Source: Candidatus Melainabacteria bacterium GWF2_37_15
GTDB taxonomy: Bacteria; Cyanobacteriota; Vampirovibrionia; Gastranaerophilales; UBA9971
Assembly (NCBI GenBank): GCA_001784565.1
Contig: MFRL01000086.1
Location: 1-62,195, forward strand
Length of the DNA: 62,195 nt
Direction of reading: 5' to 3'
In this document: positions 49,561 to 56,900 of the stretch, one piece after another
Position numbering within the stretch: position 1 is the first letter of the stretch
Layout of the letters: every line of letters starts with the position of its first letter
The notes under the pieces: model-generated
What the model was told of the DNA's origin: nothing
Databases searched by the model: none
What the model saw: the letters and a program-made list of their open reading frames with translations, nothing else
Program-made: the position numbers and the translations under genes

Positions 49561-49872
49561 ATGAGTAATTTATCCGACATCAGGCAGAAAAAAATACCAA
49601 TAACATTAGGTGAGAAAACATATCACCTACACTATGACCTTAATGCCTTTGCAGAGCTTGAGGAAATTTACGGCTCCGTGGAAGCAGCAATGAATGCATT
49701 ATGTGAAGGCAGCGTAAAAGCAATTATTAATGTATTGAGAGCAGGGCTTCTTCATGAAAATGAAGCATTAACGCAAAAAGATATTGGAAAAATGTTTGAC
49801 TTGTCGAATATAAAGGCAGTTGGCGAGTTAATTAATCAGGCTATTACCGAGGCAATGCCGAAAAGTGAATAA
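49561..49872 (+). CDS. Tail assembly chaperone (gpG-like)
   Basis: It is small and acidic and sits directly before the tape-measure gene. Confidence 0.6.
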   Translation: MSNLSDIRQKKIPITLGEKTYHLHYDLNAFAELEEIYGSVEAAMNALCEGSVKAIINVLRAGLLHENEALTQKDIGKMFDLSNIKAVGELINQAITEAMPKSE

Positions 49873-50044
49873 ACAGGGTTGGGACTGGGTGTGGATGTAT
49901 TATTGCGCCACGGTACTGCTGGGGATAGAAGAGAGGGAATTTTGGCGACTGACACCGAGAAAGCTGAATGCATTAATGTCTAAATATTTTGGAAACACTG
50001 AGCAGTCAAATGCTGAGGCGTTTGAACAGTTGATGGAGCCGTAA
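49865..50044 (+). CDS. Tail-chaperone extension / RcGTA g10.1-like small ORF (TIGR02216-like)
   Basis: The +1-frame ORF VNKQGWDWVWMYYCATVLLGIEEREFWRLTPRKLNALMSKYF carries the DW...lG....eFW.lTP.el motif. It overlaps the end of the gpG-like ORF and is absent from the track because it is under 60 aa. Confidence 0.5.
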   Translation: MNKQGWDWVWMYYCATVLLGIEEREFWRLTPRKLNALMSKYFGNTEQSNAEAFEQLMEP

Positions 50045-50058
50045 AAGGAGGTAAAAAA

Positions 50059-50667
50059 ATGTTTGAAAATTTTGAAATGGATTCTTTGAAAAATTTATCA
50101 AGGAATTTTGTTGAACTTGAAGATAGTATGAAACGAATCAGGTCTGTAACTTCGGAAACAGGTTATGAGTTCAAAAAAACCTTTGACAATAACCTTATAA
50201 ATAATGTAACAAAGCTCGTAAAAGGTACCACTACTTTAAAAGACATTTTAAAAGAAACAGCCCGCACAATTGCCACTGACTTTGTGCAAACCCAAATTTC
50301 TACATACACCGGAAAAAGCGGAGGGGGCAGTACTTTTGGCAAAATACTCGGAGGAATCGGGGGATTATTCTTCGACCAGGGTGGAGTAGTGCCGGGGTCA
50401 TTTTCCCAGCCTGTTCCGGTAATAGCGCACGGCTCTGAGATGATTCTTAACCCTGGTCAGCAAGCAAACTTGTTTAAAATGCTCAATGGTCAGGCGCAAG
50501 GCGGAGGAGGACAATCAAATTATGTTTATGCCCCGCAGGTCACGACCGGGGCTTCTGCCCAGGAAGTGTTTGATGTATTGAACAGGCACAGCAGGCAATT
50601 CTTTTCTATGGTTGCTGAAGGCGTGCAGACTAATAATTCACTCAGGAACGCGGTAAGGGGTGCGTAA
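50059..50667 (+). CDS. Tape measure protein, unusually short (202 aa)
   Basis: It has an AAAGGAGG RBS and a helical N-terminal half. The Gly-rich C-terminal half (GGGSTFGKILGGIGGLFFDQGGVVPG...VIAHGSEMILNP) is typical of TMP C-termini. Confidence 0.65.
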   Translation: MFENFEMDSLKNLSRNFVELEDSMKRIRSVTSETGYEFKKTFDNNLINNVTKLVKGTTTLKDILKETARTIATDFVQTQISTYTGKSGGGSTFGKILGGIGGLFFDQGGVVPGSFSQPVPVIAHGSEMILNPGQQANLFKMLNGQAQGGGGQSNYVYAPQVTTGASAQEVFDVLNRHSRQFFSMVAEGVQTNNSLRNAVRGA

Positions 50668-51042
50668 ATGACAGCTACATTTAATTATCAATACAAAAGA
50701 GCCTATCAGATCAGCTCGTGCTGGAATACCATCATTGATGAAGTGTATTCAGGAGGCGAGCAGCGCCGCAATATGTGGACAAATGCCAAAAAAAAGTGGG
50801 TGCTGGAATTTGATAAAAACCAAACTGACTCCAACGCCATAATGGCGTTTTTTAATGCAAGAAAAGGCCGCTATGAGGCATTCTATTGGACGTGGCAGGC
50901 AACGCATTCAATAACAGGAGAAAACATGGGTGGAGATAACCAGCAATACACGGTCAGATTTGACCATGATGAGCTGAATTTTGAACATCTTGCACTTGGA
51001 TATAACAAGTTTCAGGTGACGCTTGTGGAGGTGAATGGGTGA
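50668..51042 (+). CDS. Distal tail protein (lambda gpM / RcGTA g12, DUF2460-like)
   Basis: The call rests on SGGEQRRNMW....KKW.L.F.......I..FFNARKGRYEAFYWT and position after the TMP (ATG directly follows the TMP stop). Confidence 0.6.
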   Translation: MTATFNYQYKRAYQISSCWNTIIDEVYSGGEQRRNMWTNAKKKWVLEFDKNQTDSNAIMAFFNARKGRYEAFYWTWQATHSITGENMGGDNQQYTVRFDHDELNFEHLALGYNKFQVTLVEVNG

Positions 51043-51458
51043 TGAGTTATATCCGTGAAGAAGTTGTGGGAATGGGACGAGATGAGTATCAAAAAATTCA
51101 AGAGGTTACAAAATTTTTTAAAAAACATGTGGCAAAAGTTGGCGAAAAACAAGCCATCAAAGACTTACAAAAAGCAATAAATATGTTAAACAAAGGGAGG
51201 AAGGATTCTTTGATTGAAGAAAAGCGTCCTTTAAAAGAAGACGGCATATTAGGAGAAAAAACCTATGCTTCTTTCGGCTATATATGTAAAAATTACACTG
51301 CAAGGCTCATAAATAAATTTATCAGAAGAGCAGCGATTAATAATACCATTTTTGAAACTAAAAATGATAAGACTATAAACACCGAGAAAAACATAAATAA
51401 AATCTATAACAATTTAAGAACCCAACAAGAGGAAATGGCATTATGGATGAAAAAATAA
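51042..51458 (+). CDS. Hypothetical protein with putative peptidoglycan-binding-like segment
   Basis: LQKAIN...LKEDGILGEKTYASF resembles the DG-i-G-x-T signature of PG_binding domains. Its ATG overlaps the preceding TGA (TGATG). Confidence 0.4.
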   Translation: MSYIREEVVGMGRDEYQKIQEVTKFFKKHVAKVGEKQAIKDLQKAINMLNKGRKDSLIEEKRPLKEDGILGEKTYASFGYICKNYTARLINKFIRRAAINNTIFETKNDKTINTEKNINKIYNNLRTQQEEMALWMKK

Positions 51459-52150
51459 TTGAAAAATATATTTGGGGGTCAAGCGACAATGCCTGTGCTG
51501 CTTGCGGTGAATTAGATGAAAAAGAATTTAAGACAATTGAGGAAATTCCTGATAAGCCACACCCGAATTGTAAATGTATTTTAAGGGAAGTAGAGGGGGA
51601 GGTGTGCGACTACTGCATAGAGTGTTTAGATAAAATGGAAGAGATGATCGGCGATGCGGAAAGCCTGAAATTTGAAGTTGAAATTGAAATTAACGATATA
51701 GAAAGGATAGAGGAAGAGTATTCGGGGATTGATTTAGATGATGTAGTGAGGTTGTTAAATGATATACGCAGTTTAATTAATCCTTTTTATACACTTTCAA
51801 GGACTATAGGAATTTTTATTTCTAATTATTTTGCTCTTCTTGAAGCACAAGAGCAAGGGCTTGGAGGAACTGATAAATATTATCATGCAAAGGCTAATTG
51901 CGAAGCAGCGCAAAAAGGAATTTTAGGTTCTAAAATAGCAGAAGGGTTGAGTAATTTAAAAGAACTTGCTGATTATTATGATAATCTTTATGTAGAGAAA
52001 AAGACATTAGAAGAAACTTTAAAAGACTCAGATGAAGATCAAGAAGCAAATAGGGAAGGAAGAGATCTAGGGAGAAAATATCCGACGAAAAGCCCTGGTG
52101 AACTGTTAAAACATAGAAGACCAGATAAATTAAAGGAGAAATATTGGTAG
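51443..52150 (+). CDS. MuF/SPP1-gp7 terminal zinc-ribbon motif fused to a serum amyloid A-like domain
   Basis: The N-terminus reads SSDNACAACGELDEKEF..IPDKPHPNCKC. The C-terminus reads GTDKYYHAKANCEAAQKG...DSDEDQEANREGRDLG...HRRPDKLKEKYW, which aligns by eye with vertebrate SAA (GSDKYFHARGNYDAAKRG...DSLADQAANEWGRSG...HFRPAGLPEKY). Confidence 0.7.
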   Translation: MDEKIIEKYIWGSSDNACAACGELDEKEFKTIEEIPDKPHPNCKCILREVEGEVCDYCIECLDKMEEMIGDAESLKFEVEIEINDIERIEEEYSGIDLDDVVRLLNDIRSLINPFYTLSRTIGIFISNYFALLEAQEQGLGGTDKYYHAKANCEAAQKGILGSKIAEGLSNLKELADYYDNLYVEKKTLEETLKDSDEDQEANREGRDLGRKYPTKSPGELLKHRRPDKLKEKYW

Positions 52151-52171
52151 TTGGCATGCTATGATTGCGTT

Positions 52172-52546
52172 ATGAAAAATTTTTTTATAGCATTTTTTAT
52201 AATTTTAAAAACTTGCTTGTGCTTGTTTTTTACTTTCTTTGCAGGATATTTTAGTTCAATAATAGCAGTTAGTTTAATAGTAAGACCTGAAAAGTTTGAT
52301 TGGCAGGTATTTCTATACTTAATAGTATCTGTATCTTTGATAACTGGCATTTGGGCGATATTATTTACTAAGACAAAAATTTATATCAAAATAATATATT
52401 TAATATTATTTACTTTGTATTTTCAGTTACACTTTTATCGTCCTGATTTTTTACCATCTGTAATAAAACAATTTGATTTTGTGGATTGTGCAGAAATGGG
52501 TGGGGTTTGGGACTACACAGAAGATAAATGTATAATAAAAGACTAA
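52172..52546 (+). CDS. Small polytopic membrane protein (3-4 TM) with C-terminal Cys pair
   Basis: The protein starts MKNFFIAFFIILKTCLCLFF and ends CAEMGGVWDYTEDKC. I preferred the ATG at 52172 over the TTG at 52151. Confidence 0.5.
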   Translation: MKNFFIAFFIILKTCLCLFFTFFAGYFSSIIAVSLIVRPEKFDWQVFLYLIVSVSLITGIWAILFTKTKIYIKIIYLILFTLYFQLHFYRPDFLPSVIKQFDFVDCAEMGGVWDYTEDKCIIKD

Positions 52547-52548
52547 AA

Positions 52549-52662
52549 GATCAGGAAGCTAATTGAGAAGGACGGGATTTGGGGAGAAAATATCCGACTG
52601 GAAGTTGCGGGGATATACTCAAGCATAGAAGACCCGACAAATTAAAAAAGAAATATTGGTAA
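52549..52662 (+). pseudogene. Decayed duplicate of the last 37 codons of the SAA-like gene
   Basis: DQEAN*EGRDLGRKYPTGSCGDILKHRRPDKLKKKYW* compares with DQEANREGRDLGRKYPTKSPGELLKHRRPDKLKEKYW* at 52037-52150. About three quarters of the nucleotides are identical by my count, and TGA replaces AGG. Confidence 0.7.
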
Positions 52663-52694
52663 AATGAATCTAAAATTATAATATAATTACATAT

Positions 52695-52928
52695 ATGAAA
52701 ATATTTTTAATCCTATTATGTTTAATTTTAGCACTGTTAACAGTTATTGTGATTTTCTTAGAATCTTACTGGTTTAATGATAAAGATTATTGTCTTGATA
52801 CCGGGAGATGTACTGAAGGCCTAGAAATAAATACAGAGCACGGAAGAATAATAATCAACAAGGAAAATTGCTTGAAATATAAATGGAAATGGGACGAAAA
52901 AAGAAGAGATTGTAATATAAGGCATTAA
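52695..52928 (+). CDS. Small single-pass membrane protein (77 aa) with Cys-rich ectodomain
   Basis: It has the TM segment MKIFLILLCLILALLTVIVIFL and ends CLKYKWKWDEKRRDC, echoing the C-terminus of the 52172 protein. No clear RBS is present. Confidence 0.45.
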   Translation: MKIFLILLCLILALLTVIVIFLESYWFNDKDYCLDTGRCTEGLEINTEHGRIIINKENCLKYKWKWDEKRRDCNIRH

Positions 52929-52962
52929 AATCAGTATTTAAAGTTAAATAAGGAAATTTTTT

Positions 52963-53592
52963 ATGTCAAAAGGTTTAGACAGCAATCAAAAAATTGAGAT
53001 TGCTGCAAGTGAAGTTAAAACGCGTATATTGTTGACTATAACTATTAACAATGCTACCCGGGATGTAATAAAAATAATAGAAAACGATACACTTTCCAGC
53101 TTTGAGTATGGCGAGAATACCTACATCGCCGCTATGGTAAAAAGGGGTCAGATCGAAAGCAGGATGGAGGGCGGCCCACAAAAGGTTAATATAAAAATCA
53201 GCAACATTAACCAGGCTTATAGCAGCATTATTGCTAATGAAGGAGACGTTCTTACAAATTCAATATGTGTTATTGAGGAAGTTATATTTGATAATCTAAA
53301 TAACATTGTTGGCGATTCTGTCAATATTTTTGAAGGTTTTGTTAATAATATCCAACTCACAGAAACGGAGTTCTCTTTTGATGTGGAAAGGATATTAGGC
53401 GGGTATTCAACTCAGAGCCCTAATACAACCTATGATGTCAACTGTCAGTGGGTTTTCAAGGATTCAAGATGTCAGTATTCAGGCGGAGAAACTACGTGTG
53501 ATAAAACTTTTACTTCATGCCAGGCAAGAAGTAATGAAATAAGGTTTGGCGGGTATCCAAGTATCCCTCAGGAGCTTGTGATTAAGGGATGA
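52963..53592 (+). CDS. Tail tip protein (lambda gpL / RcGTA g13, DUF2163-like) with C-terminal four-Cys cluster
   Basis: The C-terminus reads CQWVFKDSRCQYSGGETTCDKTFTSCQARSNEIRFGGYPSIP, matching the family's Cys4 plus FGG-P ending. Confidence 0.7.
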   Translation: MSKGLDSNQKIEIAASEVKTRILLTITINNATRDVIKIIENDTLSSFEYGENTYIAAMVKRGQIESRMEGGPQKVNIKISNINQAYSSIIANEGDVLTNSICVIEEVIFDNLNNIVGDSVNIFEGFVNNIQLTETEFSFDVERILGGYSTQSPNTTYDVNCQWVFKDSRCQYSGGETTCDKTFTSCQARSNEIRFGGYPSIPQELVIKG

Positions 53593-53921
53593 ACATAAAC
53601 ATTTTATTCCAAAATATAGGCAGTATTGACGAAAAACTTGACTGCCTGTATCCGGTTTATTTGCTTTATCCTGAAATCCCAAAGTATGAATTTATTTATG
53701 ATGAAGAATATTTTACTCCACTGATTAAAAGGCATTTTAGGGAAATAGAAGAATTTAATGCCGGGGATTTATTGGTTTTTAAACTGTTAAACAGTTTTCA
53801 TTTCGGCATATATGCAGGAAATGGAAACTTTTTCCATTGCTGTAAAAAGCATAAACTAAGAATATCAAGACTTTCAGGTTACAAAAAATACTTAAAGGGT
53901 TGTTATAAATGGCACAATTAA
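53589..53921 (+). CDS. NlpC/P60-like tail tip protein (lambda gpK / RcGTA g14-like), short
   Basis: It has LDCLYPV (candidate catalytic Cys) and AGDLLVFK....FHFGIYAGNGNFFHC. An ATGA overlap couples it to the gpL-like gene. Confidence 0.55.
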   Translation: MNINILFQNIGSIDEKLDCLYPVYLLYPEIPKYEFIYDEEYFTPLIKRHFREIEEFNAGDLLVFKLLNSFHFGIYAGNGNFFHCCKKHKLRISRLSGYKKYLKGCYKWHN

Positions 53922-56900
53922 TAATTGGAGCAATAGCAACAATAGGCAGCGCTATAGCAGGAGCATCAGCAACTGTAGCTACTTTTGCCGCTGCTGCAGG
54001 AGCTGTTCGAGTTGTAGCTCTTGTGTACACAGTTATCGACGCACTTACTAACAAGCAAACTAGCCCTATAGATGGCGGAGAGGCTAGCCCTACCTATACA
54101 TTCGGGAAATTACAGACCCAGGTGTCAAACCTGCTACCCCGTCCAATAATTTATGGACAAGTAAAAGCTGCAGGAAATAAAATATGGCAAACAGGCGAAA
54201 ACACATCTAGTATCAGGCAAATTGTGTGTTTTTGTGACGGTGAAATAAGCAGCATAAGTTCTGTAAAACTTAATGATGAAGATATATCAAGTCTTTCAGG
54301 GTGTTCTTATACTGCTTATTATGGAAATGGAACACAAAGCATAGATTCGAGTATTCCGGGAGCAACGCAGGAAAATAAAGCAGCAGTAGTTGGCGGGCTA
54401 AAGTATGATGCTTATCTTGCTATAACTGCTCAGGCCTCTAAAACTCTCTCCAATTCAGGTTTTAATGTAACCTGTATTATTGAAGGCAGGAAAATCAGGA
54501 TTTACAGCAATATATCAACCTACGGCGTGCAATACAGCAATAATCCGGCCTGGTGCATACTGGACTTTTTAACCTGTTATAACGGAGTAGGGCTTTCTCA
54601 CGGTGAAATAGATATACAAAGTTTTATTGATGCTGCTATATACTGCGATACTCTCGTGGACGGACAAAAAAGATTTACTCTTAATCTTGTTCTTGATGCT
54701 AAGCAGTCACGTCTTGACTGGCTAAATGCCATGTTGCTTGTTTGCAGGGGTTACATACTGTATCAGGACGGGAAAATACATCTTAAAATAGACCAGTCCG
54801 GCACTAGTGTTCAGAGTTTTGACGGTTCAAATATTATAGCCGGTTCTGAAAAATTCTGGACAACTCCGAGGGAAAATAAGTATGACATAATTAAAGTCCA
54901 GTTCATTGACCCTGAAAATGAATATGCACGTGTTTATGCGGTTGCTGAATTACCTGCCTATGGCAATGAACAGCCCCTTGTTAAAACAGTTGAAGCTTTT
55001 GGAATCACTAATTTTAAACAAGCGTCCAGGCTGGCCTGGTTTTACCTCAATGAATCCGCTACTACAAATAAATTTATATCTTTTAGCACTACAAAAGAAG
55101 GGCTTGACAGAACTGTCGGGGATATTATTGATGTAAGTTCAACCATAATGGGCTATTCTGCAAAGCTTTTTCGTATTATTGCAATGAATGAATTGCAAGA
55201 AGGCCAGATTGAAGTTACTTGCAAAGAATATAATGAAAACTTATACAATGATACTCAGGGCAGTGTTGCTCCTAGTATTGATGTAATAGCCGGTACAAAC
55301 ACTTTTGATACTGCTGTTACTGATATTACATTACAGGGAAATACTGACAACGACCAAACCAGGGTCTTACAAAAATTAATTGATAATCTTGCTGCACAGG
55401 CAGGAGGAACTCTTAATGTTGACGCAAAGGAAAGCGGGGTTTATATTAATGCTTCCCTTAACGTTAAATCTAATGTGCATGTTAACTTTAAATGCCCTGT
55501 TTTTCTCGGGCAATATGGACAAATAAGAATATATGGCGGATTTGCAGAAACTCCTTCTGAGAATTTGCCTCAAATTCGCGCTGATTTAACAATAGGCACA
55601 AAAACCATATACTGCGGAACAGGCGCTGAATCCCTTGCAAGTAGTTATTCTGTAGGGGACAGAATAATCATAAGAGGATTGTCCGATGGGAACGGTGAAG
55701 CTGTAGAATATCAGGAGGCAATTGTAGCCAGCGTTGATGTTGGCAATAATAACATTACAATTGAGGAAGACCTTGAATACAATTTTAAAGCAGAATATCC
55801 GACGGGGGATTATGAAGAGAATTTCAGCGTTGTTGACAGGACATATATAACTTTTCAAACCTTCACAACTCTTTCCGCCAATGCCAACCGCGGCAATACT
55901 TCAATCACGGTAGCTAACGCTACTAATTTCACAATCGGAGATTATATCTTTTTTGGAGATGATAAAACTCCGTCTGACATTACTGGAACTTCAACAAATA
56001 CTTTTCGGCATGAAGTCAATAAAATTATTAATATCACTGACACTACTATAAATCTTGAAAATGCCCTGTGTCATGATTATGAAACGTCTTATAAAGCTTA
56101 CATTGTCAAAATGAATATGGTGGAAAATGCCAGTATTAGAGGTGCTAAAGTCAATTATACTGCTGAACCTTATACTTTTACAATAAATGCATTTGTCATA
56201 GCTTATGCAAAAGATTGCTGGATTCAGGATTGCGTTGTTGAAAACGAAGGGGCTTATACAAGCAAAGGCCATGGTTTTAGAATAGATAGAGCCATTAATT
56301 GCCATACATATAACTGTGCTATTTATCCTCCGGGATACACTGGTGCAGCGGAAGGATACGGATTTACCTTTTATAGAAGCAATCATTGTTCTCATAACAA
56401 TGCTTATGCAAGAGGCTGCAGGCATTCATTCCTGGCATTCAGAGGTGCAAGCCATAACAGGTTTAATAATGTTATTTCAGTAAACTGCCGTAAGTCTGAT
56501 ATTGATTTCCATGGCGGCGATGAATACGGCAATGTTGTGGATGGTTTCACTATTGTTGGCGGGGATCAAATAATTGATTCACACATAGAGGCCATAAAAT
56601 TTGGTAATGAATCACATGTAACAGGTTCTTGCAATAATGTTGTAAGAAATGGTATAATTACAAATTATAAAGGTTATGGTGTTAGTTTTGTTCCTATTTC
56701 CAACAATAATGTTGTTGAGAACGTTACTTTTAAAAATATTAATCAACTAATAAGATGTGTGGACTTAAGCGCTGATGGAACTCTTTCTGCTTGTAATAAT
56801 ATCGTTCGGAATTGTATTATTGATACAGTTACAGCCGACCTTGGATATATTGATTCTACTGCTAATGGTGGTTCTTCCCAGATTATTGATGGGCTGATAA

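Noticed and set aside
50415-50435. taatagcgcac inside the tape-measure gene, resembling the D repeat module
   Set aside because: Only about 11 nt match, without the complementary arm. It is in frame as PVIAHG within a conserved TMP C-terminal motif, so I treat it as coincidence.
53779-54054. Track ORF 53779-54054 (minus), Ala-rich
   Set aside because: It is an antisense shadow of the Ala/Gly-rich N-terminus of the gpJ-like gene and the end of the gpK-like gene.
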